64,000 nt of DNA. It comes from Lama guanicoe (taxonomy: Eukaryota). The stretch covers positions 13,220,879-13,284,878 of the forward strand of contig MU053881.1 in NCBI GenBank assembly GCA_013239625.1, in the 5' to 3' direction. Numbering within the stretch: the stretch's first letter is position 1; every line of letters starts with the position of its first letter. The notes beneath the pieces were generated by a model that worked only from the letters and a program-made list of their open reading frames with translations, was not told the DNA's origin and did not search any database. Shown piece by piece: positions 1 to 13,285 of this stretch. Made by a program: the position numbers and the translations under genes.

Positions 1-285
1 TATAGCCTGAACTCAAGGATAAGTGGTGTTGGGGATCTGGGTAGAAGGGTAATTAATTGGAAAGGTGCAAAAGAAAACCTGCAAGTGTGATGGAAGTTAA
101 TACAGACTGGAAATTAATGTATGTGTGAGTGTATATAATGTGTATGTATATGTGTGTGTGTATGTGTGTGTGTGTATATGTGTGTGTGTATATATATATA
201 TATGGGGTGGTGGTTATACTGATGCATACATTTGGAAACATTTTATCTAACTGTGCACTTAAATTCTGAACACTTTACTGAATCT
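1..285 (+). mobile_element. Ancient L1 (L1MC/MD/ME-type) 3' end fragment interrupted by a TG/TA microsatellite
   Basis: Motifs gtgatggaa...gtggtggttatactgatgcatacatttg...ctgtgcacttaaa resemble old L1M 3' termini. Confidence 0.55.
118..203. repeat. Compound (TG)n/(TA)n microsatellite
   Basis: Directly visible alternating TG/TA dinucleotides. Confidence 0.95.
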
Positions 286-1084
286 AGATCCTGTTCTTGT
301 TTAACAAAATACTTTGTTAGGAAAAAAGTCTCTGCCGTGCAGTGAAATGAATCAGAAGGTAGCGAAAGTGACATCAAAAAGGTTACCTTACGCAGCTGAT
401 GCAGTAACCTAGGTGACAGATGATGTTGGGTTTTCACTCTATTATCAGATCCATAAAGCACAAAAAAATGAAAAGTCACTCATGCATGAGTTTGAAAAAG
501 AAAAGATGAAGAGTCAGTCGTGACCCGTGATATGAATAGAAACCTATCAGCTTAGAATACCTCCTTCCTCTCCAGGTTCAACAGCCATTGCTTTCATATC
601 AGGGTCCAACATAGACGGAACCATTGAGAGCAGGAACACAGATTTGCTCTGAATCATGAACTGAGTAATTCTGCTCAGAAACTCAAAGGTAATTGCTTCA
701 CACTATCTCTGAAAAAGGACCTGTGTGTCTATAGATAAAGAAGTTGTCTTCAGGAAGGAACCCCACGTCTCAGCATAGATTTCCTTGTTATTGCGACCTA
801 ATCCATATGTGTCAGACACATTATCAAGTTCATAACATTGATCTAAAATCAGCGAACAATGTAGGCATTCCAGAAACACAGGAATTTCTGCCCAATTTTC
901 TCATCTTACACAAATTAAGACAGGGGATTGGAAAATTACAGAATTTTTTATTAAGATACCTGCCTCCTGCTCCCTTCTCAAATTTAGAGTTTAGCAGGGG
1001 TGGAGTGGCTATTTGTGCCTCTAAGAATATCCTCAGAAAATAAATAATAACCCTGTAGTAGGAACAAAAACAACATATAAGGGA

Positions 1085-1300
1085 AGACTACTATGTGCCA
1101 TGTACTACAAATTATGTCAATTATTCCTCAAAATAAGCTTAGGAAGAATTATTATCTTCCTTTTTTTTTAATATATATATGAAGAGTCTGAGGCTGAGTG
1201 GAGTTAAGTCAGCTTGCTGAGGGCCACCAGGGAGTCAACGTCAGATGGGAATCTGACTCCGGGTCAAGTGCGGCCCCACAGCGTATACTCCTAAGGACTA
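1085..1300 (-). mobile_element. MIR SINE fragment
   Basis: tattatc...gaagagtctgaggctgagtggagttaagtcagcttgctgagggccacc resembles the reverse-strand MIR core. Confidence 0.65.
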
Positions 1301-1469
1301 CCCTGCACCGTGGGACTCGTTTGCTGTTTTGTTTTGGTCACCAGCCATATAGGCTGGACGTAGGGTGAGATACTAATGGAAAAGATGAAAAGGTTCTTCT
1401 TTCTTGTTTTAAGAGATGATACATTTCAGGAAAAAAGAGATTTAATTCTTATTATTTAATTAAACTGTA

Positions 1470-1820
1470 ATTACTGGGCATTTATTAGTAATGAGGCATT
1501 TTCTAAAAGCCTGGGGCATAGCTGCGGACAAAAAAAAACCCAAAAAAAACAGCATCTCAGCTCTCATCAGGCCTGGATTCTAGCTGGGGGAGACAGAAAA
1601 TAAAAAGTGAAAACAATAGAACACTCAGCCACGTAATAAAGAAAAATTCTACTTGATTACTGGAGGCTATAAGTACTGAGGAAAGGTCAAACACGGAAGA
1701 GGGTAAGTGGGATGGTGTGTACAGGGTGGAGGGATGTTTGCAGCATGACAGTGAATGATCCGAGTAGACACTGAGAAAGTGACATTTGAGCAAAGATGTG
1801 AAGAAGGCAAATTAATCAGT
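1470..1820 (-). mobile_element. L2 LINE fragment
   Basis: gcatttatt...ggcattttctaaaagcctgggg...ttctagctgggggagacag...gtgacatttgagcaaaga are typical reverse-strand L2 3' motifs. Confidence 0.6.
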
Positions 1821-2944
1821 GGGTAGCTGGAAAAAATGCATCACATAGGGAATATAATATTAAATATGCTTCCTCTGTTGATACCACAACTGTGTCCCAG
1901 AAATGGAAAAAAAAAAAAGGTGAGAAGAGTTCTCCTCTCATTTAACAAAAATACGGTAGACGGCCAAGAAGAGGCAGAATCTTCTAGACGAGGCTAAAAA
2001 CCAGCCCTGGATTCCCTTTCCTCCACCCACTTTGGGGCCATGTAATAGAATTTTACGGATTCAACGGGAAAGCAGTGCTTGTGAAAGAAGGTTGTTGGCC
2101 TCAGTGTAGGAAAAGCTGTGCGGTTTCATATCCGCTCCTCCCACCGGGGTGCATGCTCAGCCTCCACCCGCAGCTAACTGAGAAAGGAAGTCAGGAAACC
2201 CGCCCACGGGTGTCTGTCTACCATCTAGGGAAGACCCACAGGGTAATTCCGACTTCTACCTGAAACAGAAAGCTTGCATACCTGCCTCTGGATGCTGTCT
2301 CAACTCCAGGTGGATCGAGAGTTCTTAGCAAAATTTGGCCTGTATCCTCTACCATTTAAGCAGTCCAAAGGACTGCTGTAGCCTCATGCTTTCCTGAAAA
2401 AGTCTGAAGTTAACAGGCTGGTCTGAACGATCCCAAGAGTGAAACTGAGTGACAAAAAAGACCTTCACTTTCAGAACCTGACAAACAGTTTTGCTGAGTT
2501 TATTTTTTATTCAGTCCTTCCTTCCTCATGAACTAAATGGATGCCTGAGAAATAGTCGTGCTGGAAGCATCTTGAAAAGACTGTCTATTTGGCAAGAGAA
2601 TTCTAGCAGAAAGTCAGGGTGGGTGTGTCTTTGGAGTGGAGCTGGGGGAGGGGGAGCGGGTCATAAAACATCAGCCCCCGTTCAGCATGACCCAGGCCAG
2701 GGAGGGGTGCAATTTAAAGGTCCCCAGGAGGGGGAAGGAGGAAGAGGGTCACCTCCACAGAACCCATCCAGTCCCCTCAGGGAAGAACGCCTCGGAGTTT
2801 AGGCACCTCCCACCCAGAAAGTACAATCTTAAAAAAGCCAAAAGCAGCCTAATACAGAGAGAGGAGGAGCCTAACAGAAAAATGAAGAAACAGTGGCAAG
2901 ACTGCAGATATCTCAGGTTAGGCCTGATCAGAGAACAGAAGCCA

Positions 2945-3163
2945 ATTTAAACTACTATACATAAAACAGACGACAAGTTTCTACTGTACAGCACAGGGAA
3001 GTCTGTTCAGTATCTTGTAGTCACTCATAATGAAAAAAGAATATGAAAAGGAATATATATTCCTGGATATGTATGGACATGTATGACTGAAACATGATAC
3101 TGTAGGCCAGAAATTGACACAACATTGTAAACTGACTAGACTTCAATAAAAATAAATTAAAAA
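2945..3163 (+). mobile_element. 5'-truncated lineage-specific L1 3' end
   Basis: ctgtacagcacagggaa...gaaattgacacaacattgtaaactgactagacttcaataaaa plus A-rich tail; same family recurs at least six more times in the window. Confidence 0.85.
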
Positions 3164-3986
3164 GTGCATGGGATACTGAAGTATCAATTTAGATGAGACT
3201 TTTAATACCTGAAAATGAGATTATAAACTCTAAAAACAATGGAAATGTTATGTGATTTACCTTAGGGCTGTCCAAGTGTGGGGAATAGAGATTCAACAGG
3301 TGAGATTTACAGAGAAACGTGACTTCTAACGTCTAACATCTATCTAAGACTAGCATGTTCAATAAATCAACCACTGGGAAACTCAGGCATATTTTAAATA
3401 TCACTTCATAATAGAAAGCATAAAAATTAAAGATTTTAAAATATTAACATCCAAATGTGTTTGTATTTCTGTGATCATTCACTCCCTGCATTTTTAGGGG
3501 TGAACATTACATGTTACACTATACCAATATCAATTAAATGTCTTACAGAAATAAAAACAAACGGTGGTTTTAGGGTTAAGAGACTTTCCTAAGGTAACTT
3601 AGTTTATACAAATTACCTGGGTATAGAATAAACTAAAAAATGTCTAAATTTTTATAATTTCTAATAACTTGATTAATAAAGTAGGGGTTTATGAAGGTAA
3701 TGAAGTATTTAAATACTTTGAGTCATTAAATTATTTAAAGTGAATAAATTTATTCAAGTAATCTGTTGTGGAATTTAATCAAGAATCATCAATGTCACAT
3801 GTAAACATTTTGAAATTCAAGACTTTTTTGAAAATTATTAAGAGCTAATTTTAAAATAAAGAATGCAGATTTTTATTAACAAAGTTGAGTTAAAAAGAGA
3901 TGATTTGGTTCAATGAAAATTTTTATCTGGAATCAATGAGATGTTGTTATTGACTTTCAAAGTTATCACTTTAAATTTTCATTACT

Positions 3987-4181
3987 TAGCCACTATATAT
4001 AAAAATAGATTAAAAAATTTTTTTTCTGTATAGCACAGGGAACTATGTTTAATATCTTGTAAAATCCTTTAATGAAAAAGAATATGAAAATGAATCTATG
4101 TAGGTATATGCATGACTGGGACATTGTGCTGTACACCAGAAATTGACACATTGTAACTGACTGTACTTCAGTAATAATAAA
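3987..4181 (+). mobile_element. 5'-truncated lineage-specific L1 3' end with TSD
   Basis: ctgtatagcacagggaacta...gaaattgacacattgtaactgactgtacttca; flanked by aaattttcattact (3973-3986) and aaattttccctact (4182-4195). Confidence 0.85.
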
Positions 4182-5284
4182 AAATTTTCCCTACTAAGAA
4201 GTACTAGGGAAAATTACCTTTTTACTAAAAACAAGAAATATCTGAATACTACCTCAAATTTAAAGTAACTTATTAGTTCTTTTATTTGGAATAATTTAAG
4301 AAGAACATGTATTCACTTAATCTTTCTTATGTAATGGGAAACGTATTCTTTTGTGAGATGAAAAAGGATGTTATCCAAAGCTACAGATTTGTGTGTTTCT
4401 GCATGAGTACAGGACATCTTGCTTTTACAATGATAATAATTTGAAAGGAACTAAATACAGACTTGCTGTTCTAAGATGAAGGGAAATACTGGGAAAAAAA
4501 CAGGTAAAATAGATTTTAAAATAGTTGATAATTTATTAATGTAATTACTAGCATCTATTCTCTTGCCAATAGATTATAATTTATCCATATTAAAAAGTCA
4601 CTGAGGCACTAAAATCTCCTTCTGTATACACCTTTATAGGCCGTACACAATCTATTTTGCACTTACTTCAAAAAATCCCCAAAATATTCACTGTATTCTT
4701 TTAATGGTATCGTCCAAGTCTGAAATTAACTGAAGCTCATAACTGGTATGTATAGTTAAGATGGTCATGTGTTTTTCTTTTCCTCTGTTTGACTACAGTT
4801 GACTATTTATAATAGATTGACAGAGAATCAGACAAGGTGCCTCAGTGGGAGGTGGTGGTTAGGAAAATCCACACACTTTAATGTATGTAACTTGAAGACC
4901 TACTGGACAGAAGATGAGTGGAGCAAAGCCCATCGACTGGCCCTTGATTAGCAAATTTAGTTTGTGTTGAAATAATGTCATAAGTGACTACGCTGCTTTA
5001 TTTAATTGCCCTTAATATAGTTCTTGTCTTTCACATATTTTTTAAATAGTAAAGAAAAATAGTTTTCAGAACATTGAAAAATATCACTTTTCTTCTTCAA
5101 AAAAAATACCATTTTTAAGTGAATTGAGGGCAAAAAATTCCAGCCAAGACTATTATAACCAAGAAAAGAATGCTGAAATATTAAGACTGACCAGTTAATG
5201 ATTGAGGGTTGGTTTCAGCTAGTTGGTGGATCTCACTCAGTTTCTCTGTCATCTATGGTTCTTCAAGTTAGACAGCTGGCATAT

Positions 5285-5495
5285 TCTCTCATAGCACAAT
5301 ACAACTTTCCTGTGTAGCATTTACCTGAGTTAAAATCTAATAATTATTTGTACACCTGTTTGATCATTGCCTGCCACCCTGTGGGACTGTGAACTCCACA
5401 GTAGCAGACCTCATGGCCTCTGCTGCCCCATAATTATATACCCAGCTCCTAGCACAGACCTGGCTGAAATACTATTCCTTTAATGAATTAATTAA
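5285..5495 (+). mobile_element. L2 3' end fragment
   Basis: gactgtgaactccacagtagcagacc...cccagctcctagcacagacctggc...aatgaat resembles the L2 terminus. Confidence 0.6.
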
Positions 5496-6214
5496 AAGTT
5501 AATTCATTTCTACAGTTTATAACTAGCACTTTTTCCCTTCCCTTACATATTTCAAATGTGATTTCAAAAGCAATTTATAAAAAGGGGCTGTTAACCTGCA
5601 AAAAAAAAAGAACATAAATAAAAATGAGTCATTCGTTTCTTCCTACCAAAATTATACTGACAAGTTATATGCAGTTTGTTTTGGCCATTTTGTTTGAATA
5701 TGCCTAAATAAATTACAGAACTTGGTTATGCATCTCTCACTGCATAGACTTTGTGTTCTACTACTAAAATTGAGTTCATGGCAGGGTTTCAATTATTACA
5801 AAGGATCTTTGCTTAAAAAGCATTCTCTTGTTTTCCCCACTATTGTGTTATTTGGTATTCATATGGTTTTCTTTATGAATGGGTGGGGAGTGTAATATTG
5901 GCGCTATTTATTTAGCATATACATGGCACTTTATCTGAGTTATATAATGATTCTTATAATGATATACAATTAGTACCATATTTTGCCCTCTTATTTCTTA
6001 ATACTCTAAGGATTAATGTGATTTGGAGTTAAATTTTATTTTTACCCTAAGCCACTAATGTGTAACTTAAAAAGAGGTTTTTATTTCCTTTTTAAAAGGT
6101 ATGTATTCTCTAGAATATGGATGAAATGAATAGCATATTACCCTCGCAGTAAAGCAGTCTTTTACATCTCAAAACAATCCAAGTATTTTCTTACTTTTAC
6201 GAAGAAAAAGGGTG

Positions 6215-6400
6215 AGTGGTGTGGCATATTGTACTGGGAATGCAACTAGGAAGTCCTAAATCCTGCTCTACAATATGCAAGGCGACTTGGACAAGTCCCT
6301 TAACTGCTCCTTATCTCATTTTTAACAGCTGTCAGATGAAACATCTTCCTCATCTAACTCACAAGGCTATAGACAGAATACAGGCGTGCATGCAAACACT
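6215..6400 (+). mobile_element. MIR SINE
   Basis: aaatcctgctctac...gcgacttggacaagtcccttaac...ctcatttttaacagctgtcagatg resembles the MIR core. Confidence 0.65.
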
Positions 6401-8120
6401 GTCAGGAAAAAAAAAGTCCCAATTTCTAGAAATTGTAACTTCTTATTCCTCTAGAAATTAAAATGTAAGCACTTTGATGATAAGTTTTCACATGCCAAAG
6501 TTAATCAAGCTGTTGCTTGCATGTCTGAGGTGATTAAAAATGTTAATGTCAAATATCTACATGTTGAAGACAGAGATATCCAGATACTGAAGCAGTAACA
6601 TTATTTCTACTTTAATATTCAGTATGGTTGCCCAATACTATCTTTCACTTTTCTGGGAATTTCTGTAGGAAAACTGTGGGACAATACTGAGCAAGTTGTT
6701 CCATAAATTTTCTCGGTGGAGCACAAGTTCTCTTCTTTGAAAACGGGATGACGAGCAGCAGTTAAGTTTCTGGGCAATGACTGAATTGCAGATTAAACTA
6801 TGCTTTATTTATTCACACATAACCATTAAGAAAATATATTTCCTAAGCTTAATCTTGTCCAGGGTCTAAGTCATGTCATTTAAGATGTTCTTAAACTCAT
6901 TAAACAACTGAATAGTGGATTATTTCTAAGCATTTCTGTTTAGAGCTTTCAAGAAAGAGAATCAGATGAATCGAAAAATGGAGTGAGTGATGGAGACTGA
7001 GTGTGGAGCTCAAACCACACTACTTATAAAATCCCTATTTTAATTTAGTCAGAGGGCTGATTGGATGTAAGGTGTCTGTTCTAGGTTCCATTGTCTGAAG
7101 GTAGAATCAAACAATCATAAAAATTCAAATTGATAAGTATCTTAATAATCTAGACTACTTACTACACTTGATGAGATGAAGCTGATTTAAAAATTCAGAA
7201 GATAATTAGTGACAGATCCCAGATATAACCAGTTCTCATCATCATGTATGTCTATGTACATTTAAAAAAATTTTTTTAAGAGAACAACTCCACATCATCT
7301 TTCATTTATACAGAATGAGCTTATTTAGCAAAGGACACACTGAGATCAGAGTATCTATGGTCCAGGAGACAAGGCAGGGAGGTGACAGGCTTTCTGACAC
7401 CCTTTTGGGGAAGAAGGAGTCTGGGACAAAGTGGTGAGAAGTACTGGGTCAGTTTGAAGTGGTGAGGTTCACAGAAGGAGAAAGCTCCAGTTGGGTCAAC
7501 ACTGTTGGCAGGTCGTGGGTGGACCACTGCTAACTTTTATGGGAGACTCAGTTAACGCTGGAGGGACAGCCACCCTCTGGTTCCTGGAGGGCACCCACCA
7601 AGGAACACGGGAAGGAACCCTCGGATGGTAGGACGTGTATATAAATGTATATACTTATTATGTATCTTCATTTTTGTCTACATACATACTTATTATTTTA
7701 TGTGACTTCTAATTATCTGTTGCTTTTAAAGCAAGTCATTTAATGTCTCGATAATCTCGGTCCAGTCTGTCAAATGAGGCTGACAATAACTATTTCACAG
7801 ATTTTAGTAAAAATTAAGTATATACATAATATATTAACTACAGAATTATATTTGGTACATTAAAAATATGTAACTTTTGTATATGTTAAAATCTATATTA
7901 CATATTAATATTTGTATATAAAAATTTGGTTCACTGTATGTATATACATGACACAAGTAGAATTCTGGAAAATTCTGAAGTTGATACGATATTTGGTTTG
8001 TGACTTCGAAAATGTCACATGGATCTCTTATCACAGTAGCAGAAGAATCAATTTTTTCTTTCACATTCACAGTCTTCTGCGATCAGTGAATGTAGCAGAA
8101 AGAAGCACTCGGGAGAACCA

Positions 8121-8658
8121 TGCAAGGGAAAGAAAAGGAACTGACCTTCTACTCTTCTAGGTTCTTGGTTGAGACATGCTTGTAATTAAAAGACAGATTC
8201 GCAAGAGAAAAAAAGCAAAATATGATAACATGTATATTTCCTGTATACGTGAGAGGTACTCAGGAAAGCTGAGTAACTCCCTCAAATGGCCCGTCATCCC
8301 CTTAAATACCATCTCTAGCTGAAGACAAAGATGTTGGGAACGGGGAGAGCCAGTTATGGGAGGTTATCAAGCAGAGAGGACAGTAAACAAGGGGACTGTT
8401 GGTACTCAGATTTATGTCCCTACCTTCACCATTGGTAAGTTTCTAAGAGATTTAGCCGAACTCTTCTTCCTGGTACAGGGATGGAGACGCCCTTAGAAAT
8501 GAGGTGCCCCTTATAAATGTGAGTAGGTTTCACAAAAGAGTAACTTCCACTCAGTTTTGAGCTGCTTCTGTGGCGGCTGTTTCTTAAAAATAATCAGCCT
8601 AAAATAATTCTTATGCCAAAGAGGCATATTTTGGGATGGCGAATTATGCTCCCCTTCA
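8121..8658 (-). mobile_element. Solo ERV1 LTR, MER34-like
   Basis: Minus strand starts TGAAGGGGAGCATAATTCGCCATCCCAAAATATGCCTCTTTGGCATAAGAATTATTTTAGGCTG (MER34-family start) and ends ...CCCTTGCA; flanks acca/acaa resemble a 4-bp TSD. Confidence 0.75.
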
Positions 8659-10691
8659 ACAAGTGTGTGTCATTCCAGCAAAGACCACTTGTACGTAAGC
8701 TGTGGAAAGCCTGTCTTGGAATGGCTCAGGAAGCCGTGAAGGTGAGAAGTAGCCACGACCCCAGTGACATAATATTTACAAGAAAGGTCAAGACTCTAAA
8801 TTCAATCCTAATGTTGTTTCAATTTGAGCAGAAATCCTTAACATGAAGCAAATTTTAACATGTCTGGAACACAGACCTTTATCATTAAATATTCTGTAGT
8901 TCAATTACTTTGAGGGGATATCTACTCTAGACTGAGTCTAAGACATCAGAGACATTTATGTAACGAATTTAACCTAAAAGATAATTTTTAAATTTCTGTC
9001 TACACTCCAGATGTTTTGTGTAGAGGGTGGTGGGCAGCTGGATTCTGAGACATATTGGGCGATAAGTATTTTTCCTTTTTTCCCAGAGAGGTGTTTGCCT
9101 CAGAGTAGATTATTTGAAATGTTATATCTGTAAAAAAGCAATTAAATATGCTGAGGAAGAGATTTTTCTTTTTCTAACAAAACCAAGTGGAGCATTTGGA
9201 AAGATAGGAAATCACAAGTTTGTATGGTTCAGGAATCATACAAGGTTAGCAAGATTCCCAGATGATCCCCAGGATAGCATTGTAGATTAGGTGCCAGTTC
9301 AGATAATTTTGAGTTTCAGAAATTAACTATTCCACACATAAGAAGAAATATTAGCCATTAAAATCCTCAGTCCAATGCTTGATATTCCTCCTTGTTTTAC
9401 TCTTATATAGACACAATCTAATGAATTCAGCCAGTTTAATGACAGGGTTAATTATTCTTTGGAGTTATATAAAGGAAAAGTCAATTAAATGTTTTGTTTT
9501 CTGGTTTTTTTTTAAAATTTCCCTTCAACCTTCTAGGTGGTTCTACTACCACTATTTACCCAAAAAGCCTTTTTTCAAGTTGCTCCTAGGATCCCACACT
9601 TTTCCAGTCACTTGTTGTCCTCCAGGACCAGCTTTGGAGATCAAAGCTTCTTTTTCCATCCAGCTCTACTCAGCCATTCAAATGGCTTTTCCCCTCCATG
9701 GGGTTGCAGCCAACTGAAACTCTGATCACGTTCTCTGCACCAAACTGCAATGACTCCATCTCTGACATTACTGAGAACATGTGAAAATCCTTCAACTGGA
9801 GAGTTTACATGACACAGAGCTCCCATGATTTAGACCTGCTTAAAAAGCACATCTAAGCTTGTGCTGAGAATTGAAAATTAAAATGTATCAGTAAGGGTTA
9901 CTTGACACTGGAGAAGAAAAGGTGGGACTGTTGCAACAAGAAAATATGTTAAATATGATACTACTATGAATAATAAAATTGCACATTTTGGGTTAAAATA
10001 AGACTACTGGAGATAAAATATATAAGAATGCCCTTATCTGTTTAGTTATCAAGTTGTCTACTCAGATGGATTTCAGTAGGAAGGAAAGGCCTATTTCCCT
10101 ATGTCTTGAATAGATTTTAATCCACAGGTTTCATAAATGGTGGGAGTATGAGAATGATACTTTCTATTAATAAGCAGCTATAAATTCTCTAATTTCTGAA
10201 ACAAAATCAGAGCTACACACAACATTCAATAGGAAAAGAGGTGTGCGAATTTTAATTCAAAGCACTGTTTTTCCAGTATTCCACCAAGATGTCTTACACA
10301 TAAGCCATTTCTAGTAAAAGGGCCCTCTTCTGAGAAAGCTGCTTAATCGAATACTCTTAAAGAACATACATTCTATTTTTTTAGTAAAGGAGGAAGGTGT
10401 GAAAAGTGCTGGGAGAATTAAGCAGGCCCCTCTCTCTACTTAGAAACTCCAAAGAGAGGCTTTAACTACTTGCTTTGCTTGGGTCTCCTCTTTATCAGAA
10501 ACCTGCGTCTCCTATTACCTACCCTAGAGAACAGAGAACCAGAGCGGTGATCTAGAAATTTTCAATAAAATAAAATGATAGTTTCAACTCCTCATCCCTT
10601 TTATCTTTCATTCTTACAACCACTACCTAAGAGTGTCAACTCCCAGGACAACCTTAGGGCAATGGCTTGATTTCTTCTATAGCTAGTTTTG

Positions 10692-10722
<31 letters not shown>

Positions 10723-11356
10723 GAGGAGGGGATTTGGGGCAATACTTAGACCTTTATTTCAAAGTGACAGTATAGAAGAGGGCAAGTAATATAGGTATAA
10801 TGAACCTCCAACCTGCATTTGGTTCTGTCTGGAAATCCGGATGGTATGTGTTGGGTGCGGGGACTGTTCCAGTGAGTAGATAAATGAACTATAGGTGAAG
10901 GGATATTTTCCTGGTACCTTTTGTACAAGTAAGTTCAAAAAAAATTTAGGTGCAAGAATTTCACAACACACAGCTGCTCAGGGTTTTGGGAAATCCATCA
11001 CCCTCTTCCCATCTTTTCCATTCAGTGCAGCAAGTCTCTAAGACATTAATGCATAACTTCACAATTTTGGCATCACATTCACCTGGCTCAGCGTATTTTT
11101 TCAACACTGCAGTAAAGCCAACTGTTTTCCAGATGTATACCCCTCCATGCATTTATTAACTACATTCTCTACTCCATGTCCAACACCCCTCCCCCCATCC
11201 CAAGGAAGGGGTAGGAACAATCAGAGCAGGGTCCCCAGAAATCTCTGGTGCTCTCTGGCTCCACTGGCCTTCGGTCTGCACTATATGGATGTCCTGTGCA
11301 GATGAAGAGTTGTCCTGTAGGGTTAGACAAGCGTCTTTCCATCCGGCCCTGATGGG

Positions 11357-11377
11357 ACTGCTGTCCCTGGTGCTGAA
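11357..11377 (-). promoter_or_regulatory. RE1/NRSE element (REST/NRSF binding site) in GABRG2 intron 1
   Basis: Minus strand TTCAGCACCAGGGACAGCAGT versus consensus TTCAGCACCACGGACAGCGCC; both half-sites intact with canonical 2-nt spacer, ~550 nt into intron 1 of a neuronal gene. Confidence 0.9.
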
Positions 11378-11926
11378 CCATGTTAGCCCACCAGGGAGTC
11401 GGCTGCCAGGTCAGTGGGACTGGAGAGAAAACCTGGTTGACAGATCTCAAGAATGTCCAGGTGCAGAAGCAAGCAGTACTTTGGTTACAGGAACAGAAGC
11501 CCCCCACCCCCACGCCACATACGAATCTCCAGGGTGTGCGCCAGGACCCCATTTGCAGTCTTCTCCTCCAGACCCCCACCCAACACGCCTCCAACATGGC
11601 CTCAAACGCCGACATTTATCAGCACAGCTCACCTAGATATCAGATTACAGTAAAACCAAAATGCTATTCCCCAAACACAGTCTTTACGACGTTAGCTTTT
11701 ACTCTAAAACAACTGAATACAATCCAATAAATTTAATAAACAAACGAAAGTGACCTTCCTTTTTCCTCCCTCCCTCTCCTGCCCAATATATTCACATTCC
11801 TCTAAACCATCAAGCCCCAAATCCCACAAGAGCCTTTTTAAATCTGGGTGGTCCCTCTAGATCCCCGGTCCCCACCCCTTCCCCCACCTTTCTGTAACAA
11901 AACAACGCGGAAAAGGGCATCTCTTA

Positions 11927-12620
<694 letters not shown>

Positions 12621-13271
12621 TGGTGTCGGTCCAGCGCTTTTTAACCCTTTCCGGCACACACAAGCATGCAAGGACCGGCTTTCATGGGGACAGGGGGTGC
12701 TTTAGCAAGCTGAAGCTAAACTAGACCACCAGTGACAGAAGGTTTGTCTCCTCAGATCTGCCAAGAATCCTTGTTTAAAATCATGCAGTCTCAGAAATCA
12801 TGGTTACGACGTAGGGGGATGGGGAGCAGACGGTGGGGGAGGAGGGGCTGTGTCTCTGTAAACCATCCTGTAGGAAAACAGATCTGGTGAATTTTGAATT
12901 TGAATGAAGGCAGAGAACGCTGATAGAATTAAAAGACAAGAAGAATCTGTGTTCCCCAGGATTCATTCCTACCTTTTTTGCTCTCCATCCCCAGTAAAAT
13001 TGTGAAGATACAAACTCCTTGCAGGTTGAAGAATATAACTGCACAGAGCAAGCTGCCTGAGTAAAGACTACAGACCAGGAAATAGGGGGCTGCTTTTCGA
13101 AGGGAGGGTGGACCAAGGGGAAGGTCAAGAAAACATTTAACAACATAAAGGGGTTTCTTGCTTGCTCTGTGGGATTTGACTTTTGTTGGTGGTGGTGTTC
13201 TACTTGGTGATAATTCTGAAAATTTCCTGGGTGGATGAGTGGTGCTAGCCTGCTGCCTTCTTGCCTAGAAT

Positions 13272-13285
13272 GTTACCATGGCTAC
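13272..13285. promoter_or_regulatory. Candidate RFX X-box
   Basis: GTTACCATGGCTAC, one mismatch to the palindromic consensus GTTRCCATGGYAAC. Confidence 0.5.

Noticed and set aside
11169..11730. Cluster of overlapping 60-148 aa ORFs on both strands
   Set aside because: GC-richer proximal intron 1 sequence with few stops; no recognisable protein similarity.
12781..13146. 121-aa minus-strand ORF upstream of GABRG2
   Set aside because: Non-ATG start, no recognisable homology, no supported splice structure.
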